This document shows, piece by piece, positions 39,148-51,267 of a stretch of 64,000 nt of DNA (its first letter is position 1; each line of letters opens with the position of its first letter). The notes under the pieces are model-generated. The model saw only the letters and a program-made list of their open reading frames with translations, was not told where the DNA came from and searched no databases. This stretch comes from Octopus bimaculoides (taxonomy: Eukaryota): the NCBI RefSeq assembly GCF_001194135.2, contig NC_068982.1, positions 42,064,674 through 42,128,673 of the forward strand, in the 5' to 3' direction. Both the position numbers and the translations under genes were made by a program.

Positions 39148-39522
39148 CAGGGTGATTCAAAAATCTCCATACATAGGAAAAAATTATGTTTTTATAAGAG
39201 ACAGTTTATAAGATCCCCTAGATTCCTTGATCTGACCACTCTTGATTTCTGTCTTTGGGGGCATTTGAAAGGTATGGTGTATCGCAGAAAGATAAAAGAC
39301 ATAAATGAATTGAAGGAATGCATCGCCAACTCATTTGCACACGTATCACCAGATGTGCTATTACGAGTTCACAATGAGTGGGGTAAACGTATTGCAATGT
39401 GTATTCAAAACAATGGTAACCATATAGAGCCTGTTAAATAAATTTAAAAAACTGTTCTTATAAAATGTTTCTTATAAAAAAGATAAATTGTTCCTATGTA
39501 TGGCGACTTTTGAATCACCCTG
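39148..39522 (+). mobile_element. Internally deleted Tc1/mariner element in OTC intron 2
   Basis: TIRs CAGGGTGATTCAAAA..CCATACATAGGAA and TA TSD. 74 open codons PRFLDLTTLDFCLWGHLK...NGNHIEPVK* at 39217-39441. Confidence 0.92.
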
Positions 39523-40059
39523 TATATATATCGTTACTAGCGTCGCCTTACTGGCACTTGTGCCGGTGGCATGTTAGAAAACATTCGAGCGAGGTCGTTG
39601 CCAGTGCCGCTGGACTGGCTCCTGTGCAGGTGGCACGTAAAAAATACTATTTTGAGCATGGCCGTTGCCAGTACCGTGTGACTGGCCCTCGTACTGGTGG
39701 CACGTAAAAGCACCCACTACACTCTTGGAGTGGTTGGTATTAGGAAGGGCATCCAGCTGTAGAAACTCTGCCAGATCATATATATATATATATGTGTGTG
39801 TATATTTATATATATTTATATATATAGTATGTTCAGGTTATTTTAAATCAAGTTTAAGAATAACTGAATATTTACTGATGGGGTGGCTCATTACTGAGAG
39901 TAGGGTTAAATTTATTTGTCAAGTTCAATTTGACTGAGACTGTACTCTATGTATGTCTTCTTGTGTGTCTTAATTTATCCTCTTCCAAATACAAACAAAT
40001 CTTAGCATTTCTATTAGAGTTAATATTAAGTTTTCAATTTTTTTTCTATTTGTTTCCAG

Positions 40060-40141
40060 CTGTATCAGCCTCTAGTAGGAAAGTCTTTGGCAATGATTTT
40101 CCAGAAGAGAAGTACACGAACTAGAGTTTCTTCAGAAACAG
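40060..40141 (+). CDS. OTC: OTC exon 3 (LYQPLVGKSLAMIFQKRSTRTRVSSETG)
   Basis: 82 nt, TTTCCAG/GTAATG boundaries, contains the STRT motif. Confidence 0.98.
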
Positions 40142-41301
40142 GTAATGTAAACACTTAAAAGCAAATTGATTCTTTTGTAACAGATATTTTTGTAGATATC
40201 AAAACTGCTGAGTATCATTCATGGCTTCAATTCTGTTGCGTTGTTGTGTCACCAGGAAAGATTACACATTTCTAGTTAGTGTTGTTAAGAAGCTTGACAA
40301 CCAGTGTTTGTTTTTGTTCTTGCAACTTAGCAGTTCAGCAATAGTGGCTGACAAAATAAGAACCAGACTTACAAATAAGCACTTGGATTGATTTGTTTCA
40401 GTAAACTCTGCAAGATGGTACCCCAGCATGGTTGCAATCCAAAGACTTAAACAAGATAACATCAATAGATAACCAATAAAAAAGAATGATGACCAGAGGA
40501 AACTTTTCGTTATTTTATGTGCTGTTTCTAGCAAAATTTGTATCTAATTGATTGAAAATCTTGTTTTTCTGACATTTCTTTAGAATTCAGTGGGTGAAAC
40601 CAGCTCCGTTGCATGACTTTTAGAAGCCCCCTACAACTTGTTTGTTTCAAGGCCCCATCCCTTCAATCAGAATTCATAATATAGCTATATTTTACTTTAT
40701 TCTATCAGAAGTTCAATATTTCACTTTATCCTAAGAACATCTTTAAATATACAACAAGTTAAATTTATTCAGGTCTATTACGAATTTCAATAAGTAAAAA
40801 CTTCCAGATATGAATAAAAGAACACTTTTATAATCCAGGCAACTTTCAAAGACAAACATGGTGCACTTTTTGTTTCACAAAATCATTGAGCAGTTCAGAA
40901 TAATCAAGCTGAGAGCTAAGTTCATATTCAATAGATATCATAGACAATCCAGAAAGTCTGGTACACGTTTGGGGTACAATGTAATATTTTACAAGCTAGT
41001 TTTGCAGGTGCAATATTTTACCATTTTATTTCTTGAAATTTTCAGTTAACATAGTTTAATTCGTGTTCAATATCTTAACCAGCGTAAATAGATGACTCAT
41101 CTCCGTACTTTGATCTTAACATGGGGGCCCCCTCAACCGCGGAGCCCCCTGCAATTGCAGGGGTTGCAAGGTCTTAGCGACGGCCCTGGGTGAAACTGAT
41201 GTGTACTGTTGTTTACAATGCCACAAGTTTATTCCTTTTATATATGTTTCATCAAATCATTTTATATACGCATTTCTAAAAGCCATGATAGATAGATAGA
41301 T

Positions 41302-41332
<31 letters not shown>

Positions 41333-41654
41333 GAAGGGTGGGTGGAGATTAGATGTTGATTAGATGTGCAATGGAGATTAGATGGACAACGCTATATTCT
41401 GTCACCAACAGCTGCGTACCAGAGTAGGAAATTTTCAAGATGGTTAAAGCTCTTGCAGTAGCAGCAGCAGCAGTAGCAGCAAATGCATGATGTGGCAAGC
41501 ATTGTTTGAAAGAATTTAAAATATTTTAGCGAATTAAATATACTCGTTTTTACATTGTATTTAAGTCAGTTATACTCTCATCAAGGAGAACGAATCTAAA
41601 GACTACGGCCTCCTCTTTAAACGAGGCCCAAACTTTCGCAATTTAGGTCAGAGC

Positions 41655-41870
41655 GTCGAGTTGGCAGAAACGTTAGCACGCCGGTAACGTAGCGGTATTT
41701 CGTCTGCCTTTACGTTCTGAATTCAAATTTCGCAGAGGTCGACTTTGTCTTTCATCCGTTCCAGATCGATAAATTAAGTATCAGTTGCGTACTGGGGTCG
41801 ATCTTATCGACTGGCCCCCTCCCCCAAAATTTCGAGCCTTGTACCTAGAGTGAAAAAAAAAAAAAGAATT
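41655..41870 (+). mobile_element. SINE family B copy (young)
   Basis: GAGTTGGCAGAAACGTTAGCACGCCGG...GTCGATAAATTAAGTA...GGCCCCCTCCCCC. Confidence 0.85.
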
Positions 41871-42299
41871 CAGATCAACGCATAACAGTATAAGGGAGAC
41901 AAATCTTAAAACTTCTGAATTACCTCCCTTGAATTAAAGAAACTTCGACTGTGTAAACTTCTTCACTGTTGCCTTGAACATGGTTGTGAAGCAAGCTTTT
42001 TAACCACCCACAGTGATATATAGAAATAAATGTACACACACACACACACACACACACACTCTCTCTCTCTCTCTCTTTCTCTCTTTTCAGTGATCTCATC
42101 TTTGATATTACATAATTTGAAGTAGGTATAAATATAACACAATTTTACCATTATCATTTATACAATTTAAACTTAAGGTTTCACCATTTTCATTTAAAAT
42201 CATCTACATTTTATCTCGTAGCAGGAGGATTCACTACCATCCCTAACATGTTTTTCTTTTAGCATCTTCTTTTCATTCTCTAAAAAACTTTATCTTTTA

Positions 42300-42650
42300 T
42301 CTCTTACCTTTTACTCGTGTCAGTCATTAGACTGCAGCTACGCTGGGGCACTGCCTTGAAGAATGCTTAGTCAAATGAATCGACTCCAATACTTATTTTT
42401 TGTTAAGCCTTGTACTTACTCGGTTGGGGATTTTTTTTGCCAAACTGCTCAGTTATGGGGACATAAACACACCAATACCAGTTGTCAAGCAATGATGTGA
42501 AACACACACAGACACACATATATGATGGGCTTCTTTCAGTTTTCCATCTACAAAATCCACTCCCAAAGCATTGGTCAGCCTGAGGCTATAGTAAAAGACA
42601 CTTGCCCAAGTTTCCACACAGTGGGACTGAACCCGGAACCGTGTGGTTGG
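42300..42650 (-). mobile_element. SINE family A copy (older)
   Basis: Reverse complement of family A. Confidence 0.8.
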
Positions 42651-42709
42651 GAAATTTATTTATATCATTAAAAGGTTTTCTTCGTTAAAAGTTTGCATAG
42701 GCGTAGGAG

Positions 42710-43150
42710 TGGCTGTGTGGTAAGTAGCTTGCTTACCAACTACATGGTTCCGGGTTCAGTCCCAATGCGTGGCACCTTGGGCAAGTGTCTTCTACAATAG
42801 CCTCGGGCCGACCAAAGCCTTGTGAATGGATTTGGTAGACGGAAACTGAAAAAAGCCCGTCGTATATATGTATATATGTATGCGTGTGTGTGTATATGTT
42901 TGTGTGTCTGTGTTTGTCCCCTCCCAACAGTGTTTGTCCCCTCCTAACAGTGTTTGTCCTCTCCCAACATCGCTTGACAACCGATGGTGGTGTGTTTACT
43001 TCCCCGTAGCTTGGCGGTTCGGCAAAAGAGACCGATAGAATAAGTACTAGGCTTACAAAGAATAAGTCCTGGGGTCGATTTGATCGACTAAAAGTGGTGC
43101 TCCAGCATGGCCACAGTCAAATGACCGAAACAAGTAAAAGAGTAAAGAGT
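42710..43150 (+). mobile_element. SINE family A full-length copy, ending about 34 nt before OTC exon 4
   Basis: Complete head, linker and tail, with an internal 20-bp unit repeated three times (about 42910-42968). Confidence 0.9.
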
Positions 43151-43183
43151 ATATAATGAAGTAGTTTCATATTTTTTTTCCAG

Positions 43184-43271
43184 GAATGAACCTTCTTGGA
43201 GGTCAATCCGTTTTCCTTGGCCCAGAAGATGTCCATATTGGTGTGAATGAAAGCATCAAAGATACTGCTCG
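43184..43271 (+). CDS. OTC: OTC exon 4 (MNLLGGQSVFLGPEDVHIGVNESIKDTAR)
   Basis: 88 nt, TTTTTTCCAG/GTAATT boundaries, contains the GVNES..DTAR motif. Confidence 0.98.
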
Positions 43272-44130
43272 GTAATTACATCTCTATGTTACATTTGGTC
43301 CTGATATGTTGCATTCTTACAAAAATAATATTTTCTATATTTGCAAACAGTGCCACCTTAAGACATGAGCACACTAGGCCTCACAAGTCTAGGGAGTCCA
43401 GTTCTGACCTGTGTATGCTGTGGCTTGCTATCAATAACTAAATACTATAGGGCAAAATGCACTGATTTGCCTGGAGGCCTCACGAGTCTAGACGCCCAAA
43501 TCAGACCTATGTATATTGTAGCATCATCACTTAATGTCTGTTTTCCATATGGGCATAGGTTGGACTGTTTGACTGGGACTGACTAGGCAGAAGACCACAG
43601 TAGGCTTCACTGTCTGTTTTGGCAGGATTTTTACAGCTGGATGCTCCTCCTAACACCAACACTTTATAAAGTGCCTTGCAGTCAATAAATAAAAAACTAT
43701 AGGGCCTACTGCATTGATTTACCTTTTTGGGGCCAATTAAATAAGCACCAGTTGAGTACTGGGGTAGATGTAACCGACTAACCTCCTCCTCTGAAGTTGC
43801 TGGCCTTGTGCCAAAATTTGAATCCAAAAATCAACTATTGGTACAAGGCCACATTTTTTGTGGGGTGAGAGTAGCTTGTCAGTTATATTGGTGCCAAGTA
43901 TTTGATTGGTTCTGTATTTTATTGACTCCTTTTTGTTTGTCACTTTACTGTCTTTTCCATTGGCCACCTTTGTATGTCATCATCATCATCATCATCATCA
44001 TCATTTAACATATATCTTCCATACTGGTATGGGTTGGACATAACAATTGATAATTACAGGGTTGTTAGAGTTGTCTCAAATGGCATTATTTCTTATCGAT
44101 TTTTTTTGGATTATTTTTAATCTTTTGCAG

Positions 44131-44284
44131 TGTTCTTTGCCAAATGTGTGATGTAATACTAGCTAGAGTCTATGGTCATGATGTGGTTGATACACTCGCT
44201 TCAGAAAGTTCTGTTCCTGTGATAAATGGATTGTCTGATCTCTTCCATCCTCTGCAGATCCTTGCTGACTTGCTCACGCTACAG
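44131..44284 (+). CDS. OTC: OTC exon 5 ([13 protein letters not shown]...[24 protein letters not shown])
   Basis: 154 nt, TTTTGCAG/GTAATA boundaries, contains the INGLSD..HP.Q motif. Confidence 0.98.
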
Positions 44285-44809
44285 GTAATACCATGTCACT
44301 AATTATCACCTTTCTTATAACGAACATACAAACAAGTTTCTACATTATCCCCTGATCTGCTTAATGAGTGGCAATATTTTCTTTTTTTCTTTTGTGACAT
44401 ACTATTTACCATCTTTAAAACAATATTGTATGTTTGAATATCTCAAGTCAAGTCTTAGGACAGGATGTCCACAATAGCCATGGCTGGAATTATGATTCTT
44501 CAACCAATTACCTTTGTGTGTGTGTGATGTGGATAAGGGCATAGGCATGATGAAATGGCTATGAAGTTTGCTCCATAATCATATGATCCTGAGTTTGATC
44601 CCAGTGCTCAATATTTAAGGTGTCTTCTACCATTATCTCAAATAGTAAATCTCATTAGCAGAATGAAGCTAACAAAAACTGTGTAAAATCTGTTTAGATG
44701 AAACTATACTTGTAATTCAAAGTGACAGCTTTGCCACTTGCAACGTCTGGCTGAGTACACTTGAGGAGTTTTTTTTTTTTGTACAAAAATCCCAGGGAAA
44801 ACAAGAAGC

Positions 44810-45320
44810 CACTTAGTGTAAGGGACTATGAAGAAGAAGAAGTTAAGATGAAAGGAACGAACTTACTTTAGACTTGAAAGAGATCAGGTCATAAAATGAA
44901 GGAAAACAGGGAGATGGAAGAGAGTTCCTCAGTCTGGTAGTTTGTGGAAGAAAGCTACGACTGTAGAAAGACTTCCTTATTCACTGAAGCACAACAACAT
45001 TTAGATGGAGATGCTGTGAGTTCTAAGTCAGGCAAGATGATATAGAGGGGTATGGAACTAAGAGAGAAAGTTCATAAGAGGACTTCCTGTGGCAGTAACA
45101 ATAGAAATGACTAAGACTGGTGATTTCATGTTGATGTGACAAGGGTTGCAGAGTTGAAGTAAGAGAAGGATTAATTAAATTAGGGACTCTCTTTTAAACC
45201 TGGTCAAGGAGATCCAAGTGTCAAAATGGTGCATCTGGCCAAATATGACAACAGTATTCCATACAAGGACGAATTGTGGATTTGTAAAGATAGAAAATGG
45301 TCTTGGATGTGAGGTAGTCC
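44810..45320 (-). mobile_element. CR1/L2-type LINE 3' remnant
   Basis: Minus-strand FYSRSFLPQT..L.NSLPS..FPSFYDL.SFKSKV. Confidence 0.6.
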
Positions 45321-45667
45321 TTTGAATTTGATGATGACTATCTTCTCCATTAATTATGGACACTTTGATGCCTGTACTGTTTATACCAAGTGTTTATGGA
45401 ATATTCAGCCACTTATATTTGAACTAACAACTAGAACACTCATAAATGAAACTTATGCTAGATCAATCAATGCCTATAAATGTCTTTTATTCCTACAGAA
45501 AATGCAAAAATTAGATTCAGTTAATTGATCTTTTAGAGCAGTGGTTCTCAACCAGGGTCCATATAAGATTTTTGGCAGTCCATGATCAAAACGATGCTAG
45601 TCAAAGTCAAACATTCTTTTTTTTTGTTTTACTTTAGTTTACCTTGTTTTACATTATCCAAATGTAT

Positions 45668-46060
45668 ACACTTTACTCTTTTACTTGTTTCAGTCATTTG
45701 ACTGCGGCCATGCTGGAGCACCGCCTTTAGTCAAACAAATCGACTCCAGGACTTATTCTTTTGTAAGCCTAGTACTTATTCTATCGATCTCTTTTTGCTG
45801 AACCGCCAAGTTACGGGGATGCAAACACACCAGCATCGGCTGTCAAGCGATAGTGGGGTGGGGGGACAAACACAGACACACAAACACACACATATATATA
45901 ATATACATATATACGATGGGCTTCTTTCAGTTTCCGTCTACCAAATCCACTCACAAAGCTTTGGTCGGCCTGAGGCTATAGTAGAAGACACTTGCCCAAG
46001 GTGCCACGCAGTGGGACTGAACCCGGAACCATGTGGTTGGTAAGCAAGCTACTTATCACA
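45668..46060 (-). mobile_element. SINE family A copy (OTC intron 5)
   Basis: Reverse complement of 42710-43150. Confidence 0.9.
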
Positions 46061-46226
46061 GGTGGTAGGATGTCATTTGAAGGATACACAGTTGCTATTT
46101 TTTGCAGATCAAGTGACTACATAGAAACCCCTTTGTTAGCTTTTCTAATGTTTTTGTATATATCGCAGTATGAATTTCTTCTTCTGCTAATATTATCTAT
46201 CTTCCTTATTGTTTCCATATTTCTAG

Positions 46227-46349
46227 GAACATTTTGGTGGACTGCGGGACTTGAAGTTGGCTTGGGTTGGTGATGGTAACAACATTATCCACTCCCTGAT
46301 GATTGCTTGTGCTAAGCTTGGAATAGAAATATGCATTGCTACACCATTG
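46227..46349 (+). CDS. OTC: OTC exon 6 (EHFGGLRDLKLAWVGDGNNIIHSLMIACAKLGIEICIATPL)
   Basis: 123 nt, TTTCTAG/GTAATT boundaries, contains the GDGNN motif. Confidence 0.98.
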
Positions 46350-46405
46350 GTAATTTTGCATGCCATTCTTTTCTAATAACTTGCAATAGTTGTGTGATAC
46401 TAACC

Positions 46406-46510
46406 TTTCCCTAATAACTGACAGTATTTCTATGAATACTAATATTTCCCTTAATAATTGACAGTGTTTCTGTAAATGTTAATATTTCCCTAATAACTGA
46501 CAATGTTTAT
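46406..46510. repeat. ~39-bp tandem repeat, 2.5-3 copies
   Basis: TTTCCC(T)TAATAA(C/T)TGACA(G/A)T recurs three times. Confidence 0.75.
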
Positions 46511-47109
46511 TGTTTTAACATAGTATGGCCATAAGAGATGTTATCTCTGTACAAATATCAGAGTATCTGGTCCATCAACAATGTTTCTGTGAATGCTATC
46601 TTTTTCTTAATAAATGATAAAAGGTTTCTTGCAAAGACCAAAACTTGTCAATTTTAATGTAGGAGTTAATTTTGTTCTGTATGTTTTTGATTGTTTCTCT
46701 GCTTGTTGTTTGTCTTTTCTTTTCTTTTTGTTCTTTGTTCCCTTTATTTACAATGAATATAATTAATATTATGAATATAATGAGCTTACTGTATTTAGTG
46801 CTCAGGTGTATTTCAGTGTATCAGAAAAGGGCAAAAGAAGGGACAGAAAGTAGCAATAAGTCAAGCAAAGAGAGACAGCAATGCCAGCTAAATATAGGAT
46901 AAAAAAGAACATGTTAAAACACAAGAAGGCTGGAAAGGACAGTTTGAGGGCCACAAAGAAGGAAGGGTGCATAAGCATGTTAGGAATAATGTTGGCAAAT
47001 TTTGGGAACCATACAAGTTTTGAAAGATAAAGTATCCTAACATTAATGTGGATAGTTTCTTCCATGCTTTGGTAATTTTAAGCATGCAAAAATGTTTCTA
47101 AAAGTCATG

Positions 47110-47700
47110 AATGCTGCACTCTTTTTCTAATTTTCTAAGCATGTTCACGAGTGGTTGAGATACTGAATTCAAAAAGCTGGTTAAACTTATCATAACAATG
47201 CTAGATAATCCTGTGAGCTTCTACCAAGTCAGTTGTTGGATGTTGAAGCTTTAGTGTGTCACTATCAAGATAAGTAAAATATTCAAGATATAGTGAGTGA
47301 TGAAGGTATTCTTTTGGTTGCATGTCACTAAATAGCTTCCAATATATTGATATTCTCAACAAGTCAAGTGTTCCAGACTGGAGATGCAAACTCTAAGCAT
47401 GGATGTACCATATCCATATATAGCTTTAAACAGACAGCTGGTGAGTGGCTGACAAAGGTCTTGATCTAAGACACCTCAGTCTTTTTGACAATTTTAAAAA
47501 TGTGGTTCATCCAATGCAGATTGTTGTTAACCATAATACCTTGTTCACGTTCACCATCAAACTTCTCAAGGTTGGTGTTGTGGATGGAGTTGGTTAATTC
47601 TGGGGTTATTCTCCCAAAATCTTCAGAGGTGCATTTATCTGTAGCCAGCTTGTGTTGTCAGTCAGCAGTCCATTGCTGCATATGTCCAGGTCAGATTATA
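47110..47700 (-). mobile_element. CR1-clade LINE RT C-terminal remnant
   Basis: Minus-strand EREQGIMV.NNLHW.NHI.KIVKK, KLYMDMVHPCLEFASPVWN and LEA...ATKRIP. Confidence 0.8.
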
Positions 47701-48199
47701 GGAAAGATGTATAGTATATAGGAGTCATTCTTTTTGTATGTTCTCTGACTATAAGCAAAAACATGTGTGGTGTTCTTTACTTATAATCAACTATGAAGGC
47801 ATGTCTGGGTTTTTAGTATGATCTTTGCTAACAAAAAGCTCATTGTTTCCAGGTGACAGTATAACTATATCTGGGTTGTTCTTTGTTTGATAAGCTAGGG
47901 GATTATTACCTTATTTGGAAACAGATGAGGATGGGTGACAAGAAGGGCATCTTGTTATAGAAAATCTATGTCAATGAATTCCATCTGATTCAGGCAAGCA
48001 TGGAAAAGTGGATGTTAAAATTATAATGATTACGTATAGCTTAGTGTTATCTGCATATTCTACAAGAATTTCAGTTGCAAGATTGTCCCAGTGCTACGTT
48101 AATAGACACCTGCCCAACATGCTATACAGTGAGATCACACAGAAGCAAACTTCTCAATGATGCAGCCTCCTTACACTATGATTTGTAGAACTAGTGGGA

Positions 48200-48700
48200 T
48201 GGAACAAAAGTGCACATAATTTTTTAAGTAAAACTCAGAAACAATATTTAGATATTTGTACATACCTTTATTCAACCACTATGTCTTATTTTGTTCCACT
48301 ACGTTTTTCCCATCTTTAAAGGCAGTTTCAGGATCTGATTTTCCAAGAACTTAGCATCTTTCTGGGTCATGAACTGGTCTTAGTTATTTTTACAGTCTTC
48401 CACAGAATTGAAGTTCATCCCATTAAGAGGAATTTGTAGGGAACAAAATAAGTGGTAATCTGAGGGTGCAAGGTCAGGTGAATATGGTGGGAATGGTACG
48501 AGATCCCAGCCAAGCTGTACCAATTTCTGCCTTGTCTGCAAAGTAACATGAGGCCTAACACTGCCCTGAAAAAGATGACACCCTTCTGATTGGCTAATTC
48601 TAGTTGTTTTCCATCAATTGTCTTCATTAATTGGGAACAATAATTGTTTGAATTCAGTGTCTGATTTTACCTTTCCGGAAATAAAGGAGGATCAAATGAC
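48200..48700 (-). mobile_element. Decayed mariner remnant
   Basis: ELANQKGVIF..., with frameshifted HPPYSPD/PSDYHLF-like segments. Confidence 0.7.
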
Positions 48701-48723
48701 AAGAATGTCTCTCATTTTCCTCT

Positions 48724-49135
48724 ATACTCTTTTACTCTTTTAATTTTTTACTCTTTTATTTGTTTCAGTCATTTGACTGCGGCCATGCTGGAGCACTGCT
48801 TTTAGTCGAGCAAATCGACCCCAAGACTTATTCTTTGTAAGCCTAGTACTTATTTTATCGGTCTCTTTTGCCGAACTGCTAAGTTATGGGGACGTAAACA
48901 CATCCCCATCGGTTGTCAAGCGATGTTGGGGGGGACAAACACAGACACACACACACACACACACACATGCACGACGGGCTTCTTTCAGTTTCCGTCTACC
49001 AAATCCACTCACAAGGCTTTGGCTGGCCTGAGGCTATAGTAGAAGACACTTGCCCAAGGTGCAACGCAGTGGGACTGAACCCGGAACCATGTGGTTGGTA
49101 AGCAAGCTACTTACCACACAGCCACTCCTGCGCCT
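48724..49135 (-). mobile_element. SINE family A copy (OTC intron 6)
   Basis: Full-length reverse copy. Confidence 0.9.
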
Positions 49136-49344
49136 ATGTATCTTCGCTTTTAATGTAAAAGCAGTAAAAATAAGCTATCCACACAGTATTCATATAGAAA
49201 GACATGCTGAAATGTCACTTTTCAGGAGATAAGTATTAGTTATATGCTTCTGTCACATGAGAAACGAAATCATGTGTTTAAATGCCACCAATTGAAATAC
49301 AGTGTATAAACTTTTGCTCCAAACCAATACTTATGAAATGTATA

Positions 49345-49577
49345 ATATCAAACTAATTTTTGATATCAAACTAATTTTTGATATCAAACTAATTTTTGAT
49401 ATCAAACTAATTTTTGATATGAAACTAATTTTTGATATGAAACTAATTTTTGATATGAAACTAATTTTTGATATCAAACTAATTTTTGATATGAAACTAA
49501 TTTTTGATATCAAACTAATTTTTGATATCAAACTAATTTTTGATATCAAACTAATTTTTGATATCAAACTAATTTTT
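49345..49577. repeat. 18-bp tandem array, 13 copies of ATAT(C/G)AAACTAATTTTTG
   Basis: Directly visible. The only variation is C/G at position 5; the array ends 26 nt before exon 7. Confidence 0.97.
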
Positions 49578-49603
49578 AAACCTTTCTTATATTATTTTTC
49601 CAG

Positions 49604-49657
49604 GGTTATTTGCCTGATTCTAATATCATCGCTTCCTGTAATAAATTTTCGGCAAAG
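49604..49657 (+). CDS. OTC: OTC exon 7 (GYLPDSNIIASCNKFSAK)
   Basis: 54 nt, the same length as human exon 7 (GYEPDASV...). TTTTTCCAG/GTATGT boundaries, phase 0 at both ends. Confidence 0.93.
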
Positions 49658-50693
49658 GTATGTACATAACACACCTACCCACACAGATCTATCCACATAA
49701 ATACACACTCACATGCATGTGCAAACACACACACACACACACACACACTTACACATATATGTATGTATACATATACGATGGCCACTGCTGTCTGTTTGAA
49801 AATGAGTGTTTGAAGCAGAGGATTTAAGAAAAAAAAGAAATGAGAGAAAGAAAAAGAAAAAAAACAATTTAAAAAATAAAAAGAAGTGGTGGATGTGTGA
49901 ATGTAATTTGAGTTCAGGTATGGACTATATATATATATATATATATATNNNNNNNNNNNNNNNNNNNNNNNNNNNNNNNNNNNNNNNNNNNNNNNNNNNN
50001 NNNNNNNNNNNNNNNNNNNNNNNNNNNNNNNNNNNNNNNNNNNNNNNNNNNNNNNNNNNNNNNNNNNNNNNNNNNNNNNNNNNNNNNNNNNNNNNNNNNN
50101 NNNNNNNNNNNNNNNNNNNNNNNNNNNNNNNNNNNNNNNNNNNNNNNNNNNNNNNNNNNNNNNNNNNNNNNNNNNNNNNNNNNNNNNNNNNNNNNNNNNN
50201 NNNNNNNNNNNNNNNNNNNNNNNNNNNNNNNNNNNNNNNNNNNNNNNNNNNNNNNNNNNNNNNNNNNNNNNNNNNNNNNNNNNNNNNNNNNNNNNNNNNN
50301 NNNNNNNNNNNNNNNNNNNNNNNNNNNNNNNNNNNNNNNNNNNNNNNNNNNNNNNNNNNNNNNNNNNNNNNNNNNNNNNNNNNNNNNNNNNNNNNNNNNN
50401 NNNNNNNNNNNNNNNNNNNNNNNNNNNNNNNNNNNNNNNNNNNNNNNNNNNNNNNNNNNNNNNNNNNNNNNNNNNNNNNNNNNNNNNNNNNNNNNNNNNN
50501 NNNNNNNNNNNNNNNNNNNNNNNNNNNNNNNNNNNNNNNNNNNNNNNNNNNNNNNNNNNNNNNNNNNNNNNNNNNNNNNNNNNNNNNNNNNNNNGCCTGG
50601 TGTTGCCATCCGGTTTCACCAGTCCTCAGTCAAATCGTGCAACCCATGCTAGCATGAAAAGAGGACGTTAAACGATGATGATGATGATGATGA

Positions 50694-50729
<36 letters not shown>

Positions 50730-50973
50730 TGCACTCTTCTTACAGCACTAAGAGTTTTCTATCTCTTATTTCTAACAATGTAAGTGCTTCAGCACTTTTA
50801 GTCACACTTAGTGATGGTTCAATTTTTCCTTTATGGTATTACTATTAAACTTCGCCAAGCTGTTTATATTAACTCTCTGTCTCTCTCTGTCTCTCTCACA
50901 CACACACATACACACACACAATTCTTATTGCCATGCTACTTTGTCAATGTTTTCACTTATCTTAATATTGTAG

Positions 50974-51123
50974 CATGGTGGGAAGATTCATTTGACGAAT
51001 GACCCCAAGGAAGCTGTGTATCGTGCCAATGCCATTATCACTGACACTTGGATCAGTATGGGCCAAGAAGAGGAATCAGCCAAACGACTCAAAGACTTTG
51101 ATGGCTATGAAGTCAATTCAAAA
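50974..51123 (+). CDS. OTC: OTC exon 8 ([15 protein letters not shown]...[12 protein letters not shown]...GYEVNSK)
   Basis: 150 nt, ATTGTAG/GTATGA boundaries, contains the SMG loop. Confidence 0.98.
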
Positions 51124-51267
51124 GTATGATAATCTTATATTTTATTATAAATGCCATTAATATGATAAACTTATATGGTGTTACAAAGCGGAGATAATAA
51201 AACTGTTGATACAAAACTCTTAAATATCACTGATATAACAACTTCATGTATATTTTATATGACAGGC

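Noticed and set aside
49345-49577. CRISPR-like array or DIKLIF repeat protein
   Set aside because: The units are contiguous with no unique spacers, there are no cas genes, and the locus is a eukaryotic intron. The ORF is a by-product of an 18-bp unit with no stop codon.
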